From NCBI GenBank assembly GCA_964016885.1, contig OZ024741.1:170252001-170316000 (forward strand): DNA of 64,000 nucleotides, given 5' to 3'. The translations under genes and the position numbers were made by a program. This document shows positions 23,566 to 37,959 of this stretch, one piece after another. This stretch comes from Eledone cirrhosa (Eukaryota). Under the pieces are notes generated by a model. It saw only the letters and a program-made list of their open reading frames with translations. It did no database searches and was not told the origin of the DNA. How positions within the stretch are numbered: the stretch's first letter is position 1; each line of letters opens with the position of its first letter.

Positions 23566-26500
23566 TCTTTATTTGCCATAAGGGCGTACAAGAAAAGGGG
23601 ATAATGCAAAGACATGCCGGGCATTTTATATACAGTCGTGTAAAAAATATAAAAACAGACAATTACAACAATCGAAATCCCCAATAAGGATGGAAGCGTC
23701 ACAAATGGGTTGTTTAATACTCCGTCAATTGAACAACCCTCAACTGCAGGAGCGTGTTGTGCAAGTGCTCCTTTCTTCCTTTTGCTCTCTTCTTCAACCT
23801 AAAGGCTTATAAACAGAGAAGGCCCAATCACTCGGCCCATTTTCGCTTCATTCACCCACCTTTCAGTAAATTTACTGGGGTGCAGTGCCTCTCTCTCCAC
23901 TCTGATTCTCCTTCTAAAGTGATACTTAAAGAAGGGAATCAATTGTTGTCCGGAGAGAAAGGCATCTGTCCTCAGACCTCTCAATCTCGTCCACCATATA
24001 ACTTCTTTCACCATAGCCACCGTACAGAGGAAAACCGTCTCTCTTTCGTTTTTGAAAGTGGCTGGCGGTTTGATCCTTACTATGGACTCGGCAATCAACT
24101 GGATTTGTCCTATACGCGACAGCAGTTGTTCTGCATAGTTCCACAGGTCGGTTACGCCCGGGCAGTGTACAATTGCGTGCAGGACTGTTTCAATGTCCTG
24201 CGCACATCTTGGACACGTCCTCTTGGAAGGATCCCTGCCGGGGCGTCCATGCCTGTAGATCTTGTCAGGACCCGGTAGAGCTCCTCGGTGGCACTGCCAG
24301 GCCAGGGACCTCTGGAAGTTGTCCATAGGTCCCGGGCGGAAAGTCCTTCCAAACAGACTGGTGAGCTCATCGTCTTCGACGTCCAGAGTCTCTCCGAGCA
24401 CGTCGTCGCCCTTGTAACGTACAATCACTCAATAGAATGTCGAAGTGTAGTCTCCACTAATTGCTGCGCCCGCTTGCCAGAGGACTGTGACCGCCTGAGC
24501 GCATTCAATGTGCCAGCCGCCCATCGTTTTCGGTCTTTTCTTGACCCAGGACTGCAGCTCCGTCAGCGAGACGAGCTGTGGGAAAGCCTATCTCACAAAC
24601 GGTTGGGGGTCTGTGAGGAATACCTGGAGATACCACAGCCTCAGCGCATGTTTTCGCATCATCAGCCACGGCATTCCCAGCCCTCCGTTGGAAGGGTGCT
24701 GACAGCAGACGGATCTCCTCACCAGCGGAGCCTGCTTCTTCCACAGAAACTGGAAGAGCATGCGTTCCATCTTGGCGAGGTGTTCACGGGGACAAGGCAC
24801 GGAGACGGACGCTATGAAAGTGTCTGCCACCTCCGCTCGACCTTTCAAGGACAGTTTGCACTCTTCCCACTTCTGGGTGAGTGCAAACACCTTGGCCGTG
24901 ATCTCGTTCCAGTTTTTCTCCACCTAGAGGTCTGGACCGAACCAGACCCCGAGCAATTTCACCGGTCCGTCCGTCCAGCGTCCAACGACGCTGTCGGACG
25001 TCATCGGTTTGCCTCTCCACGTACCGAGTTGCAAACCGACAGACTTGTTCGGGTTTAGTTTGCTCCCGTCAGTGTTTCGTATTCTTTCAGTAAGTTGCCG
25101 ATCACCCCGATTTCCGAGGAGCTCGACACCATTACCGACACGTCGTCGGCATAAGCCGACACCACTTAGCCCAGTCCCGATTCTAGAGGGATGACCTGCA
25201 ACAACTCCAATTTCCGCAGTAGTGGCTCTAGAGTCAATACATACAGAATGGAGGAGAGAGGGCACCCCTGTCGAATGGAACGCGTGATTGCGAACGGCTC
25301 CGACAGGTAGCCGTTCACCTTGACCCTCGAACAGATGATGGTGTGCATCGCCGCGGTCCAGACTCTGAGCACGGGACCGAAACCGGCCGCCTTGAGAACC
25401 GTTTCAAAGTATCGATGGCCGACCCTATCGAATGCCTTAGACTGATCCAAATTGATCAGAGCCCCACCGAAGCCGGGTTTACTACCCACGCTCTCTATGA
25501 TGTATCGCATGAGGTGGAGGTTGTCGTGTATGGATCCGGACGGGATTGCACACGTTTGGGCTTTCCCTACCAGGTTCTCGACGACAAGCGCCAATCTCGT
25601 CGCTAGCACCTTGGCCAAAATCTTTAACTCTGTGTTGAGCAGAGTTATGGGCCTGAAGTTGTTAATTTCGTCCCCATGGTTCTCGTCTTTCCTGATCAGC
25701 ATTACTACGCCCTTGCCTGCAGAACTGGGAATTCTCCCGTTCTGCTGCCAATTGCAGTAGACGGCTTCGAGGACACCAGTGAACAAGTCCGGCATACCTA
25801 TGTAAAACTCATAGGGTAGACCATAGAGAGCGGGTTACTTGCGTTTCTCGCAGCGTCCCAGAGCGTTCCGTCTCTCAGTGTCCGTGGTTGGTCTATAGCA
25901 GAACTCGGCGTCCGTGTTCGAGAGACGCGGCAGGTCGTCGAGGTATGAACTAAAGTTCATTGCCCCGCTCGGCTCACCGTCGTTCTGCTCCAACAGTCGC
26001 GCAAAGTGCTGCTGAAAGGCAGCGCATATTTGCTTGGGGTCAAGTAGCACGCGTCCGTTTTGTTCTTTCAAAGACCGAATCGTGGACTTGTTGCCACTTT
26101 TTGCCTCCGCCACTCGGGCCCAGCTGACAGCTTTCGCTCCTTCCTTTCCTAGAGTATGTGTTTTGCTTCTGACCACGCAGCCTTTGTGTTTCGCATCGAA
26201 GAACTGGTCCAGTGCCGTTCTCGACGCTAACACTCTAGCCGCATTGCCACTTCTAAGTGCCTCCTCTACCTTGGCTATTAGTTCTCTTTCTAGTTTGTTT
26301 TCTCTAAGGCTAACTCTCTGCTAAACCCTATCGATTCTATTCTAATTGCTTTCTTGAGAGAGTACCACGATCTATTGTTGACGATGGCTCCTGTTAACTG
26401 TTGCTTGACTAGTCTACTTATCCGTTCACTGTAAGCTTTACGTGCCGGCAACGACACGTCCGGCTTCCAGTATGCGGGTCCTTGTTTATGTGTTCTATCA

Positions 26501-27027
26501 CGGTTGACCAAGCAGACGACTAATTTGTGATCTGAATAGGCAACCATGCGCATTCGTGGACAGCTTAACATCTCCTTGCCCTTTTCTCTAATGAAGAACC
26601 TATCTAAATACGATCTAGATCTCCCGCTGCGGTTTGGCCACGTCCACTGTGGTGCAGTCGGGAAATCCAGTCGATACCTATCGGCCAGTTGGAATTGGCC
26701 GATTAAAGTTTTGAGGCTGTTGCACCCCGCTCTACTGGGACATGCTCCCACATAGTCCCATCGTGCATCTAGGATACCATTCCAGTCCCCCACTAAAAGT
26801 AAGGAGCGAGACGTTCCCACAAATGACTCTAGACGCTTAAAGAAGTCTGGCCGTGATTGCGATTGCCCGGTCGGGGCATAAACGGCCACCAGTCTGAAGG
26901 CTCCACCTCCAATACTGTTCACGTCTAGGACTACCAGTCTACCCTCTGGGTCCAAGTGTACTTGCTGTATTTCGACGTCCAGGTTCTTCCGAAACATGAC
27001 AGCCACTCCACCTCCACCTCCTGACAA
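23566..27027 (-). mobile_element. Tx1 copy C, 5'-truncated within APE
   Basis: VGDWN, SYLDR, YSDH, LDQSKAFDRV, RQGCPLS, CPRC..H...HC; the 3' end AATAAAGAAA is followed by (TATC)n on minus. Confidence 0.92.
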
Positions 27028-27401
27028 TAATACGAATTACAGTCCTGTTTACACCAATCACACGCTGATTAATTTTAACATCATATATATTTATCCTGCC
27101 TATCATATAACCTTTGCAATTTGAGTATATCGCTGTTGGTTTGGCAACCAGTCTTCGCTATCTAGGTTTGTTCTCAGTTGTCGATTGTCGAAGACTGTCC
27201 AATCTTCGATGTTATATACACATTATTTCTTCTGCCTCATTCGTTTTAGATTGAAACATCGAAATCACTAATACTTTTCAATTTAGAAAATAAATCTCTA
27301 TTCTCTATCCGCAAATATTGAGCTCTCGTTCAGTTTCTGTTAGAATGTTTCAAATAGTGTGGCATTTTAAACACATATTCTCATCAATCAATCAGCCTAT
27401 A

Positions 27402-28721
27402 AGGTGTTTGCACTCACCCAGAAGATGGCCGAGTGTAACTTATCCTTGAAAGGTCGAGTGGAGGTGGCGAACACTTTTATAGCGTCCGTCATCGACTAAC
27501 GCTTGACTGTCGTGCCTTGTCCAGCCAAAACGCTCACCAAAATGGAGCGCGCGCTCTTCCAATTCCTTTGGAAGAAACAGTCTCCTTTGGTGAGAAGAAC
27601 CATCTGCTGGCAACACCCTTCCAGCGGAGGGCTGGGGATGCCGTGGCTGACGATGCGCAAACACGCGCTCAGGCTGCGGTACCTCCACGTATTCCTCACC
27701 GGACAACCGGTGTGGGCCCCGTTCGTGAGGCGAGCCTTCCCACGTCTTGTCTCGCTGACCGAGCTGCAATCCCGGGTCAAGAAAAGACCGAGGAAAATGG
27801 GCGACTGACACATCGAACGTGTTCAGGCGCTCTCAGCCCTCTGGCAAACGGACCCGGCGATCAGTGGAGACTCCACTTCGTCATTCTCTAGAGAGTTGGT
27901 CCGCAGCAAGTGCGACGACCCGCTCGCAGAAACTCTAGGCGTAGATGAAGACGAACTGGCCAGTCTGTTCAGTAGGACCTTCCGCCAGGGACCGATGGAC
28001 AACTTCCAAAAGTCCCTGGCCTGGCAGTGATACCGAGGAGCTCTACCAGTTCGAGACAAGCTCTACAGACATGGGCACCCTTCGAAAAAGAGCTGTCCGA
28101 GATGCGTGTGAGACGAAGAAACCGTCGCGCACGTATTCGTTTACTGCCCGGGCGTTACGGACCTGTGGGGCTATGTAGAACGACTATTTTCGCGGGTGGG
28201 ACCAATCCGGTTGACCACCGAGTCCATTGTCATGATCAAACCGCCACCCTCCTTAAAACACGAAGGAGAGGCGGTTTTCCTTTGTCTGATAGCTATGGCG
28301 AAAGAGGTTGTATGGTGGACGAGCTTAAAAGGGCTGAGGTCAGACACCTTTCTCTCCGGCCAACAAATGATTCTTCTTTTCAAATACCACGTTGGAAGAA
28401 TAATCAGGATGGAGAGAGAGGTGCTGTACCCCAGCAAGTATTATGAAAGGTGGGTGAAAGTGGCGAGAATGGCCCGAGTGAATGGGCCTTCTCTCTATAT
28501 CCGCCTGTAGGTTGTGGAAAAAGAGGAATAGAGGAAGGGGGTACTCACTCTTCGTACTCCTGGAGATGAGGGTTGCACATTTTTTCGGGGGTATGTGTTA
28601 CCCATATGAAATGTCTATCCCTATTGGGGAAAATCGATTAATTTTTAAATTGCAGTTGTGATAGTATTTTACACGTTTTTTTTGTATGTAAACTTCCCAC
28701 TTTGTATTTGTCCCCTTCTTT
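27402..28721 (+). mobile_element. Tx1 copy D, 3' part
   Basis: Homologous to copy A from about 10455 onward; the 3' end is interrupted by a PLE fragment. Confidence 0.88.
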
Positions 28722-29220
28722 TCAGTGCGTCTAGATTCTATAATAAATAGACGCACTGACTTGTTTTCTCTCTGCTTGCATAAATTCCACAAAACATTCC
28801 ACAAAGTATACAGCTAATATCCAAAACTTTATCAATTTAGAATCTTTTTCTCAAAGGCACACATATATATATACTTCTCTAAAAATATACCCATCTTTCT
28901 ACCTTATTTCAAAGTTATTTATTATACATTATATAATACTTGTTACTCATTCTATATCACTCCTATTTATCACTTCCCTTTCTTCTCTTTTTCTTTTAAT
29001 GTCTAACCCCTAATCTGTACCTTTTCTCACTGTTGCCTAACATAGAAACAATTATTACACAATACAATACATTCTTACTTCATATTACCTTGCAAAAATC
29101 CTTCGTAAACATAAACATTTTTTGACGTTAGATTATTCATCCTCAATTCATTATTTTTTTCTCCCTTTCATCTAACTTATTCATGCAATATATCCTTACT
29201 TACATTACTTGTTGTTCTTT

Positions 29221-29398
29221 TTAATAATACATATCAACATTTTCTTTCCATCGCACATATTATTAAACCCATAAATATTATTTTTAATACATATTAACAT
29301 TTTCTTTCCATCGCACATATTATTAAACCCTTAAATATTATTCTTAATACATATTAACATTTTCTTTTCATCGCACATATTATTAAACCCTTCAATAT
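29221..29398. repeat. 60-bp minisatellite, 3 copies
   Basis: Three consecutive near-identical 60-nt units. Confidence 0.95.
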
Positions 29399-29744
29399 AC
29401 AAACCTTAACTTTACATTATTTTTCTCTTCGTTAATTTTCAAATTCTTTTAATTTATACATTATCTTCCAACGGTTTTTCAACCTCTCTATGTAAAACAA
29501 TATATTTCTCTCAGTTATAAAAGCTATCTCTCTCTCTCTATCAGCCATCTCTCCTCCTATCTCATCCTTCCTCATTATACTCCTCCCTCTCCACCTTTTA
29601 CTCTCATCTCCTCCTCTTTTGCACCCCCCCCCCTCAAAAAAATATTTTTCCCAATATCACACATCAATCTAAAACTACTTTTCATATGTTGATTTAAAAC
29701 TGCACCATCCACAAGTGTTTTTTAACCTTCATATCATGTCTTCC

Positions 29745-29815
29745 TATTTTATCTGATGAAAACACAAATATTATTGCATGATGATATTTGTTTTTGAAAT
29801 GCGCATAATAAAATA
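29745..29815 (+). ncRNA. Complete type I hammerhead ribozyme
   Basis: Stem I tattttat/ataaaata (8 bp), CTGATGA, 36-nt stem II hairpin, GAAA, T-GCGC-A stem III with palindromic loop, ATA cleavage triplet. Confidence 0.8.
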
Positions 29816-29941
29816 CATGTAACTCGTTTAACCATCTTTTGTTCTTATATATTATGTATACTCCAGTCCTACAAACTGTAGAGTGCTTCTTATCCGATAT
29901 CTGCATTGCTTTATTGTACTACAATAAAACTCACCTCCTAC

Positions 29942-29994
<53 letters not shown>

Positions 29995-29996
<2 letters not shown>

Positions 29997-32310
29997 ACAA
30001 TATTGCAGTGGAAAAACTCTACTCTGAGGCCATGAAATGGTTTTCTGTGATCTGAGATTCCACCGTCCACAAAGCAAACCCAATGGCATCTCTCCAGCCC
30101 ATCCATTTGATGCCATGGATCTTCATAATGCAAACTGGGAAGCGATCAATCATGATCTTTCATATGTCGATTGGTCTTTCAAACACCCACTAACATCAAA
30201 CATACCGACAGACGTTTGTAAACACTGTAACAAATATATGTGCAAAACATACCCCATTAAGATCTGTAAACAAATCCAAGTGCAAAACCCCTAGTAATAG
30301 AAGTACACGTACCAGAAAAATTAAAAGAATTAACAAAAGAAATCACCAAACTTAAATACTTCCAACAGCAACACACCCATTTGACTGCCATTACATCACT
30401 AGAATCGAAAAAACACAAACTAAAAAACAGCATGATGTCTATCATCAACAATCAAAGAGCAGCTGAAGAACCTGGGCCATTGAGAAAATTAATCTCAATC
30501 CTAAAATGTTCTTTTCATTTGCGAAAAAAAGGTCACTGGCTCCACTGCTGGCCCTCTGATGGATAAAAATGGCACTCTCCAAGACAATGCTTAAATCATG
30601 GGTGAGATACTGCAGAAACAATACTGCTCTGTATTCAGCAATCCTGATATGACTGTATCAGTGATGTTAATCCCCAACACACTATATCGTACATAACGTT
30701 TGGCGCCCGTGATGTCTTAGCGGCAATAAACGAAAATAAACACTATTCAGCAGTCGGTCCCGATAGATTCCCTGCTTGTGTCCTGAAGGTGTGTCGACAC
30801 CAACTTGTATCTCCTCTTGCTAATCTGTGGAGGATCTCGCTGGATGTTGGATATATACCAGAAAAGATACTATCCCAGTCGGTTGTGCCAGCTTTCAAAA
30901 AGAGAAACAAGTCCCTTGCCGTGAATTACCGTTCGATCTCATTCACCTCTCATATCATTAAGCTATTTGAGAGGGTAGTGAGATCACGAATAACTCACTT
31001 TCCTGAAAGCAACAATCTGCTGAACTCCAACCAGCATGGGATTGCATAAGGCAGCTACTGCATCCCTTTGATGACATTTCTAGAGCTTTGGGAGAGGGCT
31101 CCAGCACCCATGTCATCTACCTTGATTTCAGCAAGGCGTTTGATAGGGTTGATCCCAACGTCCTTCTGAAAAACCTATCCAGCATTGGTGACACTGGAAA
31201 GTTGCTGCAATGGATCAAGTGTTTCCTGACAAACGGAGCTCAACATGTCGAAGGAGTAAAATCAAGCCCAGCCAAAGTCAGTAGTGGCGTTCCAAAAGGT
31301 AGTGTTGGGCCCAACTCTTTTCATTATCTATATTAATGACATTACTGACATCATCAAGCACAGCAACATAAGACTCTTTGCAGAGGATTCCAAGCTCCAG
31401 AAGGTCATCAATGGTGTGGGTGACTGGACATGCCTCCAATAAGATCTACTGATGTTATCCAATGGCCGGAAAAGAACAATATGCTGCTGAACGAGGATAA
31501 ATTTGAGTTAATACACTTTGGAAAAGAGGATGCACTGAAGCCCCTAAACTCCCTTCCTTCAGGTGAAACTCTCGTGGCATCCAACAACATCAGAGACTAA
31601 GGAGTAATTGTGGACAACAACATAAGCTGGGTCACTCATATAAACAGTAAAGTTGACATGGCTCACAGAATGTGTTCCTGGATTCTCAGAACTTTCCAGT
31701 CGAGATATCCACAACATTATCCATCTTTTATCCACTTTACTCAACCCCACCTTAAATACTGTTGTCCACTATGGTCTCCCCACACGAAACAAAGTATCAT
31801 GAATTTTGAAGCTCCTCAAAGGTCAGTTACAAACAAGATAGACGGCATGTCAGGCCTTGACTATTGGGGTCGACTAGAAAAACTCAAACTTTATTTTCTC
31901 CAAAGCCACGTTGAGCGCTATATTATATGCATGATGTGGAAAATATTCCATCAGCATTGCCCAAATGATGTTGGCATCACGTTTAAAGTACACTCAAGTC
32001 TTGGGCCCCATGCTATCCGCCCACAACAAAAATGAAACTCGCATCTCATAACAACAATACGGCACAATTATTTCACCTCATTTGGCCCCGCTCTCTTTAA
32101 CATTACACCAAAACCCACCAAAACAGAAACAGACCCCATAAAGTTCAAGAAGTCTTTGGTCAAATTCCTTCAAGAAATCCCGGATATGTCTCCGTAAACT
32201 CTCTTCTTGAGTGCGCTATGGTGCCCAAATCCTGAGTTGAAAGACTTCGCCAGGTGGTGCTATTAAGTTAGACATGGCCTCGGTCCAAACTGGCCAAAAC
32301 CTATCAAAGT
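29995..32310 (+). mobile_element. CR1-group LINE, 5' truncated and degenerate
   Basis: NYRSISFTS, IYLDFSKAFDRV, GVPKGS, YINDI, FAEDSK, PHLKYCCPLWSP, YWGRLEKLKL. Confidence 0.8.
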
Positions 32311-32429
32311 TATATATATATATTCAGTTCATAACTAGGGACCGTCCCCACGAACCAAAGTATCGTCTTCCTATTTTCCTTCGGTTGCAACGTTTTTCGG
32401 AATATTTACTTCTGTGTCCACAGATTCAT

Positions 32430-32500
32430 TTTTTTAGTTTCAGAAGATCCCGTTAAGGGTGAAAGCAGCGATTCTTTACTTAAACTTTAATCTGTTATTT
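32430..32500 (+). repeat. Short repeat with HHR-like core (same family as 63840-63939)
   Basis: CAGAAGA tccc gttaa gggt GAAA; near-identical to the reverse complement of 63838-63905. Confidence 0.55.
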
Positions 32501-32539
32501 TAATAAATATATACTTACATGTATATATATATATAAAAT

Positions 32540-32819
32540 TAGAATTTTATTTCTCGCCTTAGCACAGCTGATGCATAAATATAAGTTCGCACACGTACAC
32601 ACATACACATACATATATACATATACATATGTACGCATAGGCTATATCGAATATTAATAATAATGTTCGATTCGTTAGTAAACAAACGGCCTTATTTGAA
32701 GCTGTGCCGTGCCGGTGATCGATCGTCACCTGTGTTTGTTCAACACTGGGTTTGTTTCCGTAGGAATCGAACATTATTATTAATGTTTGATATAACCCAT
32801 ACGTACATATGTATATGTA

Positions 32820-32879
<60 letters not shown>

Positions 32880-32965
32880 CGTGTGTGTGTCTGTGTTAGT
32901 GTGTGTGTACGTTTGCATACTTACATTTATGTATCAGCTATACTAGGGCGAGATTTAAAAATCTA
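32540..32965. mobile_element. MITE-like fold-back element
   Basis: Imperfect long inverted arms (about 32540-32686 vs 32750-32965) around a GC-richer spacer; TA-rich flanks. Confidence 0.65.
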
Positions 32966-32982
32966 TATGTATATATAATATA

Positions 32983-33021
<39 letters not shown>

Positions 33022-33739
33022 ATTTAAAAAAACCTTTTCACAAAATTTTATCGGCAGTAGTTATTCATGTTATATTTAATAATGCTATTCCAGGCAACAC
33101 CTTCAATTTTAGGGTTAATGGAAGTATTGAATTCGGTTTTCACTTGATGTAGCGTCATAAATTATGGATATTAAAAGAATACAGAATCAAATATATTCGT
33201 TTAGCCTAAAGGTGGGTGAGAGTTAAGGAAATACATAGGAGTATGTATGTTATACCGATGTAATAAACAAATTTCATTGAACTTATTGCAAGAATGTCAA
33301 GTGGAAAACTTACATTATAACTCATACTGACATATACTAATTAGAAAGAACTAATGAACAACGTATCATCTGAAAAGATGTTTATTTAGTTTACGATCAT
33401 CCTAACCAACCATACATGATATCATTTTACAGATTTCTTTCGTTCAATCTTTCTTCATTTCTTGTAGAGATACCAGAGTAATCATTTAGAGAAATTGCGG
33501 AATAGACTCAAACAGAATTGGCACAATCTATTATGGATCTAAAAGAAAGTTTATACAGTTTTGTAACACTCTGTTTCACATCGATTATGACTAGGAACTA
33601 CATCAAAGGCACCTTTGAGTACTGTCCAATACTCTGTACTTAGACGCTAATTCAACGAAAACGTCGATCACTTGATGGAAAAACTGGATTACTTGTGGAA
33701 ACTAAGGGTTCGTAATTTGTTATGCAGTAATTTGGGTTG

Positions 33740-33882
33740 AAATTTGAAATTGCTCAAAACACTTACAGGACCATAAGTATTACACGTGTAAAGTTTGAAA
33801 ACAATCGGTTGGGTGGTTCTCGAGTTTTAGGTACCTGACAGAAAGACAGACAGACAGACATTCTCAGTTTTAGATATATAGA
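33740..33882 (+). mobile_element. Possible non-autonomous Helitron-type end
   Basis: aagtttgaaaacaatcgg...(GACA)n...tatatagat layout recalls Lep1-like elements. Confidence 0.4.
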
Positions 33883-33941
33883 TTTCCACTGTCGGACAGA
33901 CAGAGAAATTACTGGTTATATATTATAAGGAGATAAATAAT

Positions 33942-34137
33942 TTTTTCTACTTTTGGCACAAGGCCAGCAATTATCCCAGTGTATTACTGGTGCTTTATTT
34001 TATCGACCCCGTAAGGATGAAAGGCAAAGTTAACCTCGACGGGGTTCGTAAAAGTTCGTAAGAGTCCGTAAAAGGCCCTAACTCTATACTGCAAAGCATG
34101 CCGTCCGATCCTCTACCAATACTGCCAATTCATCGCC
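33942..34137 (-). mobile_element. Meta-type SINE
   Basis: Same family; TSD agataaataat. Confidence 0.85.
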
Positions 34138-35559
34138 TGTAGATAAATAATATACCAGTATTTGGTTCAATTCTTCTCTTTCTATCTCTTTCTTTATTTC
34201 TGTTTGTCACTTTCCTGTTTTTTTTCTTCTAGACTGTACATCCATTTCAAAGTTCCAGCTTTGTCACATTGTACCGCGGTGATTGAACCCGAAAATTGCT
34301 TTACTTGTAAAGGTGTACACTCAGGCGCTAACACGTTAGTTTCATGAGGAGAAAATCGATTGGTTGATCAACTAAATGCTCATCGTCAGGATTGAGAGAG
34401 AAACCACCACATATTTCTGTTAGCTGTGGATCTTATGAAACTGTTTTACGTAATTTCAAGTATTCTGCAACCTACGTGTATTGCACATGTATGTTGTTGA
34501 GTGGGATATTATGTTGTATATGGTGTACATTAGTGATTTTACTAAGATGGAAGATGGTTGTTGTTATTTTGAGTCTCTGGTCAGATCTCGCTTATTGGAC
34601 CCATATTAAAAGGCATCTCACAACAATCCCATTTTTATTGTAGACATAGTGTATTTAAGTCTATTTTATTCAATATGCCCGTCTTACTATTGATTAAAGC
34701 GCCTGTGATATGACGATATGAATGCGAATTCTAGCAGGTCACATGGCCATAAAGACCTATGCTCGATGTTTCATGACAATTGTTGTATATGGTCCATGCT
34801 ACATTATGCCAGTTTGGTTTAGAGCCAAAGTTTTTCGTGATTATAGCAGGGAGAAAAACTAACGTAGCTGTTAAGATTAAGAAGTTATGAAGGTTGTTTA
34901 GAGACAGAAAATCTGTATGCAGCTTTGAAATCAGATGTTAATACTAAAAGTTATGGCGAAGAAAAATTCTTATAGAACATCCCTTAGGAATTTAAAGATC
35001 ACAAATGCATTGGTATTATACATACAAAGCCTATAAGAAATACTTTTCATCCTGTCGTTTGTGTAAGCATAAAGAACATTGAAATATTCCCTATACAGAT
35101 TGACATGTTCCAGAAAATAGTTATATGAAGAACTGTAAACATTGTTAGAGTATTCTCACACAGTATCTGTTAATTTCGATGCCTTTTTTAACCAATATGT
35201 ATCTAATTCCTTTTGAAGAATGGTATCTCCTTATGTATTTTCCAAAGCCATGACTAAAAATGATCATGAAATATAATTGGAAAAACCTGTGTATACAATA
35301 TTAAGTCCCGTTTCTAATGTATTGAAATATAGAAGAGGTAAACTTTCGGAATTTACACTGGCATCATCTGGTACTTGCTAGAAATTTATCACCTGGTTAT
35401 AAGATTGTTTATGAATTATGGAGAAATCTCTGACTTTGAAAGAATTATGAATTCTCAACCAAATTCATAAATCTTTAGTGAAAGGTGAGAAACCTGAGGC
35501 GAAATTCCATATATTCGCTATGTTACTACCAAGAAGATTATATATTTGAAAAATAAAGT

Positions 35560-35816
35560 TACATTATCGTCATTATAATCATCATGATCATCATCATCAC
35601 CTCCAACACCACCGCCACCACCAGCAACAGCAGCCTCACACCACCACCACTACCACGACAAGCACCACTATCATAATTATCATAATTATCGTCCTCATCA
35701 TCACCACCACAACACCCATCATCATCAGTAGTTTCACCATCATCACCACCACCATCACCATCACCATCAACAACACCACCAGCATTAGCACCACCACCGC
35801 CTCCGCCGCCGCCACA
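35560..35816. repeat. (CAT/CAC/CCG)n low-complexity tract
   Basis: Direct inspection. Confidence 0.9.
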
Positions 35817-37159
35817 ATTTGTGTCCCTGTGTGGGTGGAAATCGAATGGTTCAGTCAAGGAAAATTCTCCTGTTTGGAAATAATCGTATTTCAAATCATT
35901 GAGTCAGATTGAGGGGAAAATCGGAGACATATTTCCAAATATAAAATATCCTTTCTTAAATAAACTTATCTCCATTGCATGTGTCTATAGAAATTGAATT
36001 ACTGCAGGTTAATTTTTATTTTTATTGTACTTATTTAATTTACTTGCTTATTTATTGATATGTTTTTTTATTCCCAAAACGTTCATTCGATGGCTTCTAA
36101 CTAAACCAATATTCCATTTTTAATGTAAAATATCTATAAAAAAGGACTGACTTTTAAATTTTACACAAAGAAAAATAACACCAAGTAAACAATCACTAAA
36201 AATAAGTGTAAAATAAAGAAGAATTAAAATAAAAAGTGACTAATCTAGTAATAGAAAAATAAAAAAAATATAATAAATTCTAAATTAATAAATAAATAAT
36301 TTCAATTTTTCATCTGATAATGTAGAAAAAGAAAATGTATTTAATAAAATGAAAGTATTGAATAGAAATTTAAATAATTTAAATAGAACCAAATGAATAG
36401 AACTTGAAATATTAAGATTTGAGAAAATAGTTATTGAAGTCATAATAATATTTCTCAGAATCTAGTAAGAGAGTCGCAATAATGTGGATCATATATATTG
36501 CCTGTATTTTTAAGTACATTTTTGTTCAATCTTTAGACAGGAAATGAAGGGCAGCATCTATGACAGCTTCCGTGACGGATGGCTGAAAGGTATGAAGTTA
36601 TCCTCATACTGGAGACATGGCTCCATTGTTTACAACAGAATGAACTTCGCTAATGGTAGTTCAAAGACTTCTCAGTCATATCAATCCTGAATTCTTGATT
36701 ATCTAATGAGTCGTTCTTTTTTTAAGACAATAAGGTGGGATTACCGGAAATTTTGAGTTTTACTTTCGTGGGTCAAGCGACACTTACAGGGTAGCTGTCC
36801 TTTGCGGTTTAATTTGACTTAATTGCTTACCCAACAGAAATTTCAGTCCCCATCACATTTTGAGGGGCCTTCGATAGTGGTGGGTGGCGGGGAGGAATAA
36901 CATTTTCTTTTCAGGGAAACGGCTCGAATGTTTACAACAGAGTGCACTCTACTAAAGTTATCATTGAGTAGGTGGCAGTGATATGGAGTAGGAACGAGAT
37001 AATACCAAAACATACAGTACACCATCGGCAACCGGAACCACATTGGCACTGAGTGCTCGAACTAGTAAATAAATAGTAACTAAACCTTACACATCAATCG
37101 ACTTTATCTATCTATCTATCTAGATATATCTATATATCTATATATATCTGTATATACAG

Positions 37160-37330
37160 GAAAAGAGTCAGGATCCCGACGGCTGAGCTCTGGCCGTTTT
37201 GACAGCTAGATCCAAACGTCCGGATCTAGCTGTCGAAACGGCCGGAGCTCAGCGTCGGGGTCCTGACTCTTTTCGTATTACCCACTCTACTACTCTAAGT
37301 CCACCTGGTTTCTAACCACACAATTTTCGT
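37160..37330. mobile_element. Fold-back pLTR fragment (family X) with 3' half of an HHR
   Basis: Palindrome 37160-37274; GAAAC ggc...gc GTC; the tail attacccactctactac is shared with 41780-41800 (-). Confidence 0.7.
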
Positions 37331-37385
37331 ATATGTGGTGTGTGTGTGTATATATACACACACACACACACACATCACACAAACG

Positions 37386-37423
<38 letters not shown>

Positions 37424-37438
37424 CACACACTCACACAC

Positions 37439-37495
<57 letters not shown>

Positions 37496-37865
37496 AGATT
37501 TAAATCGCGTGATAGGCAGTTACTAATAAAATTACTGACATTCTGATACAGTCCATGTCGGTTTGACGGGTATCCAGATTTAACACTTGTAAGTCGATCT
37601 AGTGTATAGAACGTCACAGATGGGGAGAGCTTCACAACCTTGGCATCCAAGTAAGAAAGGATTAACTAAAACGGTTACAAATTGGTTAGATTGAGCAAAT
37701 CGGTAGAGCAGACATCTCTGCGGAATAATGATAGAGTAAGCAGACAAAATAAAATAGGCGGGGAAGCAAAGAAAAATAATCCGTGAAGTCCAGATTTTCT
37801 GTTGTCGAGTGAGCCGAGCATTTAATTTCTTAATTTAATATAACCATTGATCTTATCTCAATATA

Positions 37866-37939
<74 letters not shown>

Positions 37940-37959
37940 AATATATATATCCCTATATA

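Larger units (their letters stand above)
28722..29942 (+). mobile_element. PLE 3' end (last endonuclease codons, long UTR, HHR)
   Basis: IINRRTDLFSLCLHKFHKTF* matches the PLE C-terminal motif LN.K.E/DIF..C.H; HHR at 29745; ends in (TA)n. Confidence 0.7.

Noticed and set aside
29221-29398. Possible CRISPR-like array
   Set aside because: Tandem 60-bp units without unique spacers, in eukaryotic DNA.
33050-36700. Possible host exons in the less repetitive stretch
   Set aside because: No open frame with a recognisable protein or a convincing splice pair was found; small exons cannot be excluded without RNA data.
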